Made by a program: the position numbers and the translations under genes. The notes beneath the pieces were generated by a model, which was not told where the DNA came from, searched no databases, and saw nothing but the letters and a program-made list of their open reading frames with translations. DNA of 33,688 bases from the IMG/VR virus record IMGVR_UViG_3300032884_000230, positions 1 through 33,688 of that record; one strand, written 5' to 3'. Positions 1 to 9,392 of this stretch are shown here, in pieces (position 1 is the stretch's first letter; each line of letters begins with the position of its first letter). The stretch comes from a virus (taxonomy: Duplodnaviria; Caudoviricetes).

Positions 1-75
1 AAATTGTTGTGGGCAGCAAAAGCAATAGAACATGGTTGCAAATTTAAAGGTATATTAGGAACAAGAATTTTATAA
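1..75 (+). CDS. 3' end of an upstream gene (partial)
   Basis: Open frame 1 KLLWAAKAIEHGCKFKGILGTRIL* ending TAA at 73-75; start lies outside the window. Confidence 0.65.
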   Translation, partial: KLLWAAKAIEHGCKFKGILGTRIL

Positions 76-1366
76 AATTAGCATACATTGAGGAACAAAA
101 AGATAAATGAAGCATCAATTCACCTATAAATATAGGTTGTATCCAACGGAGCAACAAGAAATACTTTTAGCCAAACACTTTGGTTGTGTAAGGTTTTTGT
201 ATAATCAATTCCTCCGTTCTCGCATTGATGCTTACAAAGGTGAAGAACATAAGTCATTAAATTACTACGATAATGCTACTTCTATTCCTGAATTAAAGAA
301 ACTCTACGAATGGTTAAAGGAAGTAGGTAGTCAATCACTTCAATACGCAGCACGCCAATTACAGAATGGCTTTGATAATTTTTTTGATAAATGTAGGTTA
401 AAGAAACAAGGCAAGTTCAAAGGCAAAGTAGGTTTCCCACGATTTAAGAAAAGACACGGCAAGCAGTCATTCCGTGTTCCTCAAAATGTCAAAGTCATTG
501 ATGATAAATTAGTCATACCGAAGTTCCTTGATGGAATACTAGTAGTTCTCCACCGACCATTAGAAGGTGAAATTGAATTTGCCACAATTAGTAGAAACAA
601 AGCAAATCAATACTTTGTTTCTATTACTTGTGTCAAAGAAATTGAAGAGTTGCCACAAGTAATTAAAGTTGTTGGTTTAGACCTTAATGTTCAATACATT
701 GTAAGTAGTGATAATGAGCGATATGCTAATCCTCTTCCTGCTACTACAACATATAAAGCAAGAGAAAAATTACTTGCAAGAGCAGTAAGTAGAAAAGTAA
801 AAGGAAGTAATGGAAGAAATAAAGCAAAATTAGCGTTAAATAAGTTGAAATTGAAGCAAAGTAATATTCGTGAAGATTTCTTACACAAAACATCTAAGAG
901 AATAATTGACGAGAACCAAGTCATAATTCTTGAAGATTTAAGTGTAAAATCTATGCTTAAAAATAAAGACTCTGAACAAAGAAAAGAACCAAGATGGAGA
1001 GAAAAATTACTTCATCGTAAGTTGAATGATTGTTGTTTCTCGTCATTTGTTCAAAAGTTGATGTATAAAGCAAAGTGGTATGGAAGACAAGTAATTAAAA
1101 TAGACCGATGGTTTCCGTCCTCGCAATTATGTTCAGAGTGTGGATGGCAATATCGTGATTTAGGGGAAGAACGCCATTGGACTTGTTTTAATTGTTTCAC
1201 GCCTCACGATAGAGATTACAATGCGTCAAAGAACATCCTTAAAGAAGGATTAAAGAACCTACGGAATGTAGGGGATAGCCAAATGAGTTCTAATGTAAGT
1301 CTCGCTGAATTAGTGAGCAGTTAAGTTAGTTTGGAAGCCCCTCCCCTTGTGGGAGGGGTAATTCAC
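74..1366 (+). mobile_element. IS200/IS605-family element without tnpA (left boundary tentative)
   Basis: Right-end hairpin CCCCTCCC-cttgt-GGGAGGGG (1338-1358) followed by TAATTCAC ending at 1366; only 31 bp between the upstream stop and the tnpB ATG, so no tnpA; left end inferred only. Confidence 0.7.
107..1324 (+). CDS. tnpB: RNA-guided endonuclease TnpB (IS200/IS605 family, IS1341-like solo)
   Basis: N-terminal YKYRLYPT..QE..L...FGC.RFLYN HTH; PRFKKR; RuvC-I VGLDLN, RuvC-II IILEDL, Zn ribbon SSQLCSECG..WTCFNC, RuvC-III HDRDYNASKNI; SD GAGG upstream. Confidence 0.96.
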   Translation: MKHQFTYKYRLYPTEQQEILLAKHFGCVRFLYNQFLRSRIDAYKGEEHKSLNYYDNATSIPELKKLYEWLKEVGSQSLQYAARQLQNGFDNFFDKCRLKKQGKFKGKVGFPRFKKRHGKQSFRVPQNVKVIDDKLVIPKFLDGILVVLHRPLEGEIEFATISRNKANQYFVSITCVKEIEELPQVIKVVGLDLNVQYIVSSDNERYANPLPATTTYKAREKLLARAVSRKVKGSNGRNKAKLALNKLKLKQSNIREDFLHKTSKRIIDENQVIILEDLSVKSMLKNKDSEQRKEPRWREKLLHRKLNDCCFSSFVQKLMYKAKWYGRQVIKIDRWFPSSQLCSECGWQYRDLGEERHWTCFNCFTPHDRDYNASKNILKEGLKNLRNVGDSQMSSNVSLAELVSS

Positions 1367-1386
1367 GTGGCTATTAGATTGCATTT
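1235..1386 (+). ncRNA. Putative omegaRNA (reRNA) scaffold plus about 20-nt guide
   Basis: Hairpins CCTAC/GTAGG (1258-1272) and CTCGCT/AGTGAG (1301-1317); long-range pairing GGGG..CCAAA (1271-1283) with TTTGG..CCCC (1330-1341); overlaps the tnpB 3' end as in known omegaRNAs; guide would start at 1367. Confidence 0.7.
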
Positions 1387-1900
1387 AAATTCTACCACAA
1401 ACATAATCCCATCTATAATTATCAGAATGTTTTCCAATATTAACTTCCCGCAAATAGTTATATAAATCATTCCAACTACCGAACATTTGGGAATGTGGAA
1501 TTAGTCCAAAATACCAAAATGCAACATGTTCTTTTCCTTGTGTGCATACCAATAAAACTGGTTTTTTTTGTTCTGATTTTACAATAATTTCATGTACTGT
1601 TCCTACTGTTGGAACTCCTTTTGGGACATTAGAAATAAGAAAATCACTAGAATCAACCAAACTTAAATCTTTTCTTACAAAATTATTTGCAATTCTAGCC
1701 ATTTCATTATAATTCTTTTCCTCTCGTGCAGTAACTAATGCAGATGCCCATTGTTGTTTTGGATCGTGGAATGGGTCAAAAAGATCAATTCCAAATTCTT
1801 CAATTAATATTTTACTAGGCTCAATTCTCCAATCATCTTTTGGATTGGCGTTTTCTATCGGCCCTGAAAGGTAGCAGCGTTTTCCCTTTAAATATCTCAT
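1385..1900 (-). CDS. Nucleoside 2-deoxyribosyltransferase / nucleotide N-glycosidase family protein
   Basis: YLSGPI..W R..DPF, DLSLVDSSDFLI and GTVHEI motifs of the NDT/Rcl/MilB flavodoxin-like fold; SD AAGGAG. Confidence 0.8.
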   Translation of the reverse strand: MRYLKGKRCYLSGPIENANPKDDWRIEPSKILIEEFGIDLFDPFHDPKQQWASALVTAREEKNYNEMARIANNFVRKDLSLVDSSDFLISNVPKGVPTVGTVHEIIVKSEQKKPVLLVCTQGKEHVAFWYFGLIPHSQMFGSWNDLYNYLREVNIGKHSDNYRWDYVCGRI

Positions 1901-1947
1901 TTTTTATCTCCTTTTACTCTTATAGAGGATATCACAAGGAGTTATTA

Positions 1948-2598
1948 ATGTCAACGAAATTAGCAGTTTATGATAAAATTATTAATATTTTGCAAGATGT
2001 AACCACTGTAAATAGGCACAGTTATTTTCAAATTAAATATTTTATTATTGGAAAAGAACCAACCCATCAGGCAAAATTATGGCGATGTGTTAAAGAATTA
2101 GAAGTAAGAGCAGATTCTTTAAAAGCTTTAAGAATGGAATTAGATGATGGTATTGATAATTTAAAAATAATGGAAATAGGATTAAAAAGACTAGAACGAG
2201 ATTTGTCTGTTGATCCACTAGATATAGAAGAACGTGCTATTCAAATAAGGAAACGACAACGACACAAACTGGTAGCTACTGAAAAATTAACAAATTTACA
2301 AAAAAAAGTTAAAGAAACAGAAGAAGAATCTGCTATTTTTTTGGAATCATTTAATATGTTACAAAAAAAAGAAGCATTAAAACCTTACGATGATTTGGAA
2401 TCTCAAACAGAAATGTGGAACGAAAAAATTTCCCAAGAATTTAATCTTCGTGGTTTATTGGGACTTCCTGTTGATTTAGAATTAGCTAAAACCACATTAG
2501 CACTTGAAAACAATGTACCAATTAAACAAAAATTTATTAATAAATTACAAGAAATAACAAATATTAAAATTAAATTAGATAAAATGGAGCAAGAATGA
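1948..2598 (+). CDS. Coiled-coil phage hypothetical protein (start revised from 1840 to 1948)
   Basis: SD AAGGAG at 1936-1941 before ATG 1948; the 1840 start overlaps the divergent gene; central heptad-like charged helix. Confidence 0.7.
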   Translation: MSTKLAVYDKIINILQDVTTVNRHSYFQIKYFIIGKEPTHQAKLWRCVKELEVRADSLKALRMELDDGIDNLKIMEIGLKRLERDLSVDPLDIEERAIQIRKRQRHKLVATEKLTNLQKKVKETEEESAIFLESFNMLQKKEALKPYDDLESQTEMWNEKISQEFNLRGLLGLPVDLELAKTTLALENNVPIKQKFINKLQEITNIKIKLDKMEQE

Positions 2599-3629
2599 CA
2601 AGAGTATCAAGTGCAGATTTAGGATATATTGCTGGAGATCTTAGTACTTTTCCATTAGCAGTAGATACAAAAGAAACTCTTTATGAAGTTAGAAATAATG
2701 CTGCTACTACACTAAAACAAACGCTTCCTATTAATGGCACTTATATTGTAGTTTATGATGCATCTATTTTTCCACCTATGGGTTTAATTCGTTTAGGACC
2801 ACACGGATCAGTAATTCCGAGTATGATGCCTCCTAGCGATTTATTAAATAGCAATATTCCTGGAGTTTCTGGTGATTCTGAATTAATTTATTATGGAAGT
2901 AGAACTGATAACACTTTTAAAGAACTTCAAAGAGGCTATGCTGGTTCTAGACAAAATCAATGGGCAACAGAAACTCCTGTATCTAGTTCTGTAATGGCTG
3001 AAACTCACAATTCTATTAAAGATGCCATCATAAACATGGAAAATTATATAGGAACGCAATTAAATCCAGCAATAGGAACAATTAACTCAAATTTAAATAT
3101 ATTAGAAAATAAATATTTAGCCCCAAATGTTTTATTTAGAAGTTATCCTACTAGTGGAAAGCCTCCTTTGACTGTTAATTTTCATAATCTTGGTGCGTCT
3201 AATACAGAAAGATTTTTATGGGATTTTGGTGACGGAATAACTTCAACTGATAAAAACCCAACACATATTTATACTAATGAAGGAATTTACACTATAACAT
3301 TAAATATTATTACTAATACAAATGCACAGGGAATTACCACTAAAAACAATTATATTTCTGTATCTAATGATTTGTCCCCAGTATTTTTTTATTCAGTTGT
3401 TGATCCAGATGATTCTAATATTTATAATTTTGTAGATCAAACAGATGGAGCTATAGTAGAAAGAATATGGGTTTTTGGAGATGGAATTACTGAAACAATT
3501 ACAGATCCAAATGTTCATACAACAAGTCACACATATACTTCTGGGTCATATGTTCCAAATATTTTAGTTACATTAGAAAATCAAATCACAAAGCGTGGAT
3601 ATTCATCAACAACCATTATTGTTACATAG
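2595..3629 (+). CDS. PKD-domain virion structural protein (paralog 1)
   Basis: SGKPPLTVNF..FLWDFGDG..NPTHIYTNEGIYTITL and a second WVFGDG..HTY PKD repeat; ATGA coupling with the upstream gene. Confidence 0.8.
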   Translation: MTRVSSADLGYIAGDLSTFPLAVDTKETLYEVRNNAATTLKQTLPINGTYIVVYDASIFPPMGLIRLGPHGSVIPSMMPPSDLLNSNIPGVSGDSELIYYGSRTDNTFKELQRGYAGSRQNQWATETPVSSSVMAETHNSIKDAIINMENYIGTQLNPAIGTINSNLNILENKYLAPNVLFRSYPTSGKPPLTVNFHNLGASNTERFLWDFGDGITSTDKNPTHIYTNEGIYTITLNIITNTNAQGITTKNNYISVSNDLSPVFFYSVVDPDDSNIYNFVDQTDGAIVERIWVFGDGITETITDPNVHTTSHTYTSGSYVPNILVTLENQITKRGYSSTTIIVT

Positions 3630-3636
3630 GAATTAT

Positions 3637-5865
3637 ATGACTAAAACAGCAGAACAAATAGAATTGGCAGCAAGTAATTTTCCTATTAGTTTAGATTCCG
3701 ATGACAATCTTTATTTGGTACATGATGCTTTAAGGGTAAAATTAGCAATAGATTATGTTCCTGGTGACAAATCAATAACAATTTATGATGAAGATGGTGT
3801 TTTATCAAAATTTCCCAATTCTGGAATTATTACTCTTACGGAACAATGTAGTGATGTTAAAGATAGGGCAATAAGTTTTTATTATGATGCAGTTACTACT
3901 TCTGGATTTTCTGGATTAGTTTTATTAATTGGATTTTCTGATGTTGTAAAACCTGCCAATATAACTAATGTTACTTTAAATGTAGTGAATTATCATCATG
4001 AAGTAATTAAAAATAGCGTTATGTCAATTCAGAAATTTATGGGATTAAAAAATGAAGAAAATTCTATTCCAAAAAACGCTACTAATTCTACAATTACTGC
4101 TCGTTTAAATTATTTAAGAAAAATAGTTTATACGCCAAGAGCATGGTTTATATCTAATAAAATTTCAGGGACAATTCCATCAACAGTTATATTTACAGAT
4201 CAGTCTTTTGGACTAGGATATGGTTCTGTAACTTATAATTGGATTATTTCTTCTAATGGCATTGCTGTTAATGGTGTTGGTGGAATTTTAACAACAGAAA
4301 AAACATATACATATACATTTACATCTGGCGGAATATATGATGTTTCTTTAAAAGTGACGAATGAATTTGGTAGTGATACAGTGTCTTTTGAAAAAATGAT
4401 AATAATTCGTACTGTGGCTCCTGATGAGGCTATTTTAGAATGGATTCCAACTATTGGACAAATAGTAGATGGACAAACTATTCGTGCTCCAACTGATAGT
4501 TTTGTTTTTGTTGAAGTTATAGATAATGGAGAACAGCCTTCAGATCCAATTGTTACATACACATGGTCTTTAAGTGATGATATAAATCATCCAAGTCAGC
4601 CAAATGCACAGGGATTATACAGTGTTGGTGGTTTATATGATTTAATTCTAAGAACTGATACAACATGGGGATCTTATAGAATTACAAAACATTCTAGTGT
4701 TATTAATATGGTAGAAGCAGAAAATCTTTGGTTGTGGGTTTTTCCTAATATGCCTTTAGATGAATATAATCCTCTTAAATATATTGGTTTAAATGGTAAT
4801 GTAACAGCACTTGAATTTGGACTTTTAAGTGAAACATTTAAAGTTGCCACAACCACATTAACAGTTGACAGAAGTGAAAATTTTATTACAGCAGAGAGTC
4901 AAAATGGAATAGAAAATGTTCCACAAGCAAAAACTGAATTTCGTCGTAATGTTTCTTTTACTCCAAAAGGAACTGTTAATTCTGGACATGGAGGAAAATC
5001 TATGTTGTACTGGGCTGGACAAGATTCATCTGTTGTTGGACCTGGAACAACCTATTCTGATCATGCAGTAATAAACAAACAACATGATGGATTTACTGAT
5101 ACTTATATTAATTATAATACTATTGCAAGGCCATGGAATTGGGTTTGTTTAAATTCAGACACCACAAGTTATTTTCTATTAGGAGTAGATTATATGTGTG
5201 GAAGCTCATCTACTGAAAGTCCTACCTATCAAGTAGTTTCAGAATTAAATTTAGTTTCTCTTGCTGTAACTTCTGCTAATTTATCTTTTGAAAATTATAC
5301 AAATGGTTCTTATGAACTTCAACAGAATCCAGCAAATTATAATGGATCTGGAGACATAACGAGTGGTAATTTTTCTGTAACTAGAACTGCTTGGAAAGGA
5401 AATTCTGGATATATTTTAAGAAACAGTGCGGCGGGGACTTTTTTTAGAATTAAGAATTTTTATAGAACAGAAGGAACTCTTGGTCAAGAATTTCAAACTA
5501 TTTCAAAATTAATTGATATGACTGGTCCTGCAAAATTAGAAGGACAATTAGTTACACTATCAGATGGATTATTTTTCTTTAATAATTCTGGCAATATTTC
5601 TGCTTATAATGACATAACTGGTGTTTGGGAAACTGGTGGTGCAGGGGCTGGTTCATCTTCTTTTAGATCCATGCAAGATACTACAGAATCTGATTTTGAT
5701 GATCCAATGAATACTTTATTGGCAGCATCATATGATAGAACGGCTTATTTGAGTTTTGATTATTCACCTTATGCATTTGTTAAATTTAATAGTTTAGATT
5801 TAGCATTTTATAATTTGGGAGCAAAACCTATTGGAAAGTCTCAGTTTCTTATGGGAGTTTACTAG
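3637..5865 (+). CDS. PKD-domain virion structural protein (paralog 2; start revised to 3637)
   Basis: SGTIPSTVIFTDQS..YNW..YTFTSGGIYDVSLKVTN PKD; shared N-terminal module with neighbours; AGGA before ATG 3637. Confidence 0.75.
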   Translation: MTKTAEQIELAASNFPISLDSDDNLYLVHDALRVKLAIDYVPGDKSITIYDEDGVLSKFPNSGIITLTEQCSDVKDRAISFYYDAVTTSGFSGLVLLIGFSDVVKPANITNVTLNVVNYHHEVIKNSVMSIQKFMGLKNEENSIPKNATNSTITARLNYLRKIVYTPRAWFISNKISGTIPSTVIFTDQSFGLGYGSVTYNWIISSNGIAVNGVGGILTTEKTYTYTFTSGGIYDVSLKVTNEFGSDTVSFEKMIIIRTVAPDEAILEWIPTIGQIVDGQTIRAPTDSFVFVEVIDNGEQPSDPIVTYTWSLSDDINHPSQPNAQGLYSVGGLYDLILRTDTTWGSYRITKHSSVINMVEAENLWLWVFPNMPLDEYNPLKYIGLNGNVTALEFGLLSETFKVATTTLTVDRSENFITAESQNGIENVPQAKTEFRRNVSFTPKGTVNSGHGGKSMLYWAGQDSSVVGPGTTYSDHAVINKQHDGFTDTYINYNTIARPWNWVCLNSDTTSYFLLGVDYMCGSSSTESPTYQVVSELNLVSLAVTSANLSFENYTNGSYELQQNPANYNGSGDITSGNFSVTRTAWKGNSGYILRNSAAGTFFRIKNFYRTEGTLGQEFQTISKLIDMTGPAKLEGQLVTLSDGLFFFNNSGNISAYNDITGVWETGGAGAGSSSFRSMQDTTESDFDDPMNTLLAASYDRTAYLSFDYSPYAFVKFNSLDLAFYNLGAKPIGKSQFLMGVY

Positions 5866-5885
5866 ATAGATAAAAGGTATAAATA

Positions 5886-8204
5886 ATGGCATTTCCTCCA
5901 GATTTAGTTTATCCGTATAGTTATGATTCTGATCATACATTATATAAAGTGTATAATACTACAGAATCTAAACTGTCTTCTGATAATCAAGCATGGGCAA
6001 GTGAAATTGATATTGTTCCAGTTACAACTTATGAAGTTTGGCCTAATAGTGGATTTGCAACTTTAGAAGGTGAAATTATTTATTATGATTCTGTTGCTAA
6101 AAATGATGCTGGATTTGTAATAAAATTAAGAAGATGTGGAAGAAATTTAGGGGGAAATAAAACAAGATTTAATGTAGCTGGAACTTGGATTCGTGGTTTT
6201 GTTATGGCAGAACATCATAATAAAATTGTTGATGCAATTATCAACCTTGAAGATTACGTTTTAAGTCTTGATGAAATGATTGCAGGATTACAAAATGAAC
6301 CAATATGTATTGATGATGGTGGCTGTACATCTGTTAATTTTGATTTTGAAACATCTTTACCAAATGCATGTTTAGGGGTTGATGCTATTTATAATGTTAA
6401 TATTACAGGGAATTATACAACAGCAAAAGTAGATTTTGGAGATGGAAATACAACTAATGTATTATCTGGAACTCATACTTATAGTCAAAATTCTACTATT
6501 GATCCAGTAGTTACTGTAGAAAATGCATTATGTACAGTAATTCAAACAGAAACAGATAGAGATGACACTAATAATTGGACGCCATATTCACCTCCTCCAC
6601 AATCACCGTATATTGAAACCTGTCAAATTCCAGATATTCCTCCTTTTGTAATTCCTACTTTTGTACCACCTACTGGTTTTGCTACACCACAAATTACTAG
6701 TCCATGTATTGATTTTACACCATTTAATTTTGCATTAAGTATTCCAAAAATTTTAATAAGTATTCCAAGTATTAAATTTCCAAATATTAAATTAATAGTA
6801 CCTAGCATACCAAATATTAGTATGATTGTACCTAGCATACCAAATATTAGTTTGATTGTTCCTAGCATAATGCCAATTAGTTTTATTGGTAGTTTTAGTG
6901 GATATCTTCCAAGTATTATTAGTTTTGGACCTGTTAATATACCAAGTGTTATTGAATTTGGACCTGTTAATATACCAACTATCATTCCAATTATTGCTCC
7001 ACTTGGTTGGGCTGCACCGCCATGGAATATTAATATGATTGCACCACCCAACTGGCAATGGAAAATTACAATTGATGGTCCAGTTCCTCCACTTCCAAAT
7101 CCTATTCAAATACAAGGTCCAGAGCCTAAAATTCCTTCAGTTATTACTGTTCAAGGAAATATTGTTTCTGTTATTTCAATAGTTGGTTGTTCGTTAACAA
7201 ATATAAGTGTAGTTGGATTAAGAGATATAACAATGTCGGTAGTTGGATTAAGTAATACAACAATGCAAGTAGTGGGATTGAGTAATACAACAATGCAAGT
7301 AGTGGGATTGAGCAATACAACCATACAAGTTATTGGATTAAGCAATACAACTATATCAGTTATTGGATTAAGAGATACAACAATGTCAGTTGTAGGCTTA
7401 AGAGATACAATAATGCAAGTTGTAGGATTAAGAGATACAATAATGTCAGTTGTAGGATTAAGTAATGCAATTATTTCTGCTGTTGGTCTTGATGGACATT
7501 CTATTTCTGTAACTGGGATGCCTGCAACTATTGCTGTTACTGGTATGCCTTCTGCTTTAACTGTTAATTGGGGAGTAGTTCCTAGTATTAATGTGAATTG
7601 GGGCAGTTGTTCTTGTGCTATTACAGTTTCTTGTGCAAATACTCCTGCTCCTGCTCCTGCTCCTTTTACTAATTTAGCAGATTTTTCAGATGGTTTAAAT
7701 TTAAATGCTTCTTTAGAGTCAAATGAAATTGGAATTCCTTCTGAAATTACGGTGTTGTTTCCAGAAGAACTGCCAAAATTTCAAATAGAAATACCAAAAA
7801 TTCCAGACATTGTTATGAGATTAGAAAAACCACTACCTACAGAAATTAAAATTACAGGTGTTCCAGAATCAATTAGATTAGATACTACAAATATGCCAAA
7901 TTCAATTAAATTAGATGCAACATCATTACCTGAGGCTATTTATCTTATTGCTCAAGATGTTCCTTCTATTATTACTGTTGATGGATCAGATATACCAAGA
8001 ACAATTAAAGTAGAAGGAATTCCGCAGGTAATTGAGCTTAAAGCCCCAGATTCAATTGCATTAAGATTGCCAGAAAATTTTGAAATACCATTAGTTTTTA
8101 AAGGAGATCCAATTCCAGTTCGTTTTGATATTTCTAATTTTAATGGAACGGCTTCTGAATCTCCAAGATTTGTTATTCTCCCCGCCCCTTGCCCTCAAGC
8201 ATGA
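5886..8204 (+). CDS. Virion fibre/spike-like protein with a PKD-like domain and Pro/Ile and VVGL repeats (paralog 3)
   Basis: VDFGDGNT..HTY; shared N-terminal module; long low-complexity repeat stalk. Confidence 0.7.
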   Translation: MAFPPDLVYPYSYDSDHTLYKVYNTTESKLSSDNQAWASEIDIVPVTTYEVWPNSGFATLEGEIIYYDSVAKNDAGFVIKLRRCGRNLGGNKTRFNVAGTWIRGFVMAEHHNKIVDAIINLEDYVLSLDEMIAGLQNEPICIDDGGCTSVNFDFETSLPNACLGVDAIYNVNITGNYTTAKVDFGDGNTTNVLSGTHTYSQNSTIDPVVTVENALCTVIQTETDRDDTNNWTPYSPPPQSPYIETCQIPDIPPFVIPTFVPPTGFATPQITSPCIDFTPFNFALSIPKILISIPSIKFPNIKLIVPSIPNISMIVPSIPNISLIVPSIMPISFIGSFSGYLPSIISFGPVNIPSVIEFGPVNIPTIIPIIAPLGWAAPPWNINMIAPPNWQWKITIDGPVPPLPNPIQIQGPEPKIPSVITVQGNIVSVISIVGCSLTNISVVGLRDITMSVVGLSNTTMQVVGLSNTTMQVVGLSNTTIQVIGLSNTTISVIGLRDTTMSVVGLRDTIMQVVGLRDTIMSVVGLSNAIISAVGLDGHSISVTGMPATIAVTGMPSALTVNWGVVPSINVNWGSCSCAITVSCANTPAPAPAPFTNLADFSDGLNLNASLESNEIGIPSEITVLFPEELPKFQIEIPKIPDIVMRLEKPLPTEIKITGVPESIRLDTTNMPNSIKLDATSLPEAIYLIAQDVPSIITVDGSDIPRTIKVEGIPQVIELKAPDSIALRLPENFEIPLVFKGDPIPVRFDISNFNGTASESPRFVILPAPCPQA
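6780..6985 (+). repeat. In-frame tandem repeats: 30-nt (IVPSIPNISx x3) and 33-nt (FGPVNIP x2)
   Basis: gtacctagcataccaaatattag repeated; tttggacctgttaatatacca repeated. Confidence 0.9.
7209..7478 (+). repeat. Nine 30-nt in-frame tandem repeats (V-V/I-G-L-SN/RD-T-T/I-M/I-Q/S)
   Basis: Units start every 30 nt from 7209 to 7449; degenerate copies continue to about 7600. Confidence 0.95.
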
Positions 8205-8235
8205 TAATTTTGTTTAATTTAAACTAAATTATAGA

Positions 8236-9099
8236 ATGATAATTAAGAAACATAAAAATAGAAATGAATATGTCCTAACATCTGATGGTATTTGGGTTAG
8301 AAATTTTTGCAAACAAGATGTTAGTTCAATTGATGTTAATAGTTTTCTTAATGAAGAAGAATATCATTGCATTTTAAATAATGAGTTTGAAAATAATAAA
8401 TTAAACTTTAATCAATCTTATCAAACAATACAATTTCCTAATATAATTATTGTATCTGATGGTTATGATTTTATTAATAAACAAAAAATATTATCTAAAT
8501 TGCCATATAAAGAAGTTGCTATTTTTGCTGTTAATGGAGCACTAAGAGATTGGAAATTAGTAGGAAAAAATTGTACAAATGATATGAAAAGATCTATTGA
8601 TTGGTTTATAGTTAATAATCCGTATCCAGAATGTAAAAAATTTCTTCCTAAAAACCATTCTTATTATCCACGTTGTTTAGCATCTTCACGAACAAATTCA
8701 GAATTTATAAAACAATATCAAGGAGATGTTGTTTTATATCAACCATCTTCTGATGAAAATTATTCTGGTGTATTTTATGGTATTGAAAAATCCATTGATG
8801 ATTATAGAAATCCTATATGTGCCGCTATATCTTTAGCATATCGTTTTGGTGTTAAAAAATTAGGGTTATTTTGTTGTGATAATTCATTTATTGATGAAAG
8901 GCCATCAGCAGAAAAGTTAGACAATGGACTTTGGTGTTATCCTCAACATAAAATATCACAACGAGTAATTGATGCAAATTTATATTGGTTGTCTCAAAAT
9001 AATATAAAAATTTTTGATTGTTCTAGTGGAGAAAAATACGAACATGCTTCATACATATCAATAGATGAAATTTCAATTTTTTTTAAAGATGACAAATAA
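8236..9099 (+). CDS. Divergent Maf/DUF115/CstII-like (GT-A variant) protein
   Basis: IIIVSDG..AIFAVNGAL..AAISLAYRFGVKKLGLFCCD resembles the IxxxGPS..N..A..LAxxMGxxxIxLxGxD pattern, with GPS altered. Confidence 0.5.
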   Translation: MIIKKHKNRNEYVLTSDGIWVRNFCKQDVSSIDVNSFLNEEEYHCILNNEFENNKLNFNQSYQTIQFPNIIIVSDGYDFINKQKILSKLPYKEVAIFAVNGALRDWKLVGKNCTNDMKRSIDWFIVNNPYPECKKFLPKNHSYYPRCLASSRTNSEFIKQYQGDVVLYQPSSDENYSGVFYGIEKSIDDYRNPICAAISLAYRFGVKKLGLFCCDNSFIDERPSAEKLDNGLWCYPQHKISQRVIDANLYWLSQNNIKIFDCSSGEKYEHASYISIDEISIFFKDDK

Positions 9100-9392
9100 T
9101 GAATAATTTTTTTTCACCGGATGATTTTAAAAAATGGGTAGAAGAACATAAAGAACAATTTAATTCTAAATTGTCTAAAAAATTTATTCTTTCTGGTATA
9201 ATGGTGGAATCTAAGGTTAATATTCGAAAGTTAATTTCTAGTATTGATGTTCAAGAAGGAGATGTAAAATTAATATCTAAAGATTTTCTCCGTAATGGAG
9301 GTATGGTTAAAGAGGTTGATGGTTGCGATATATTAATTGAAGTTAAAAATGGAATTTTTGTTATTTCTGAAAAACTAATTAGAATTCAATAA
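9099..9392 (+). CDS. Hypothetical protein
   Basis: 97-aa ORF coupled by a TAATG overlap. Confidence 0.7.
   Translation: MNNFFSPDDFKKWVEEHKEQFNSKLSKKFILSGIMVESKVNIRKLISSIDVQEGDVKLISKDFLRNGGMVKEVDGCDILIEVKNGIFVISEKLIRIQ

Noticed and set aside
107-1324. Cas12f or catalytically dead TldR
   Set aside because: No CRISPR array; IS right end present; all three RuvC acidic residues retained
1274-1375. Guide start TGGCTAT complementary to scaffold ATAGCCA as autoinhibition
   Set aside because: Only 7-8 bp; could be chance, and it competes with the expected scaffold stem
5878-5885. TATAAATA as a T4 late promoter
   Set aside because: Directly abuts the ATG as the SD spacer, leaving no room for a start site; likely chance in AT-rich DNA
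6623-7345. Minus-strand ORFs 6623-7051, 6792-7115 and 7151-7345
   Set aside because: Antisense shadows of repetitive coding sequence
7209-7478. Regular 30-nt repeats as a CRISPR array
   Set aside because: Head-to-tail in-frame coding repeats with no unique spacers
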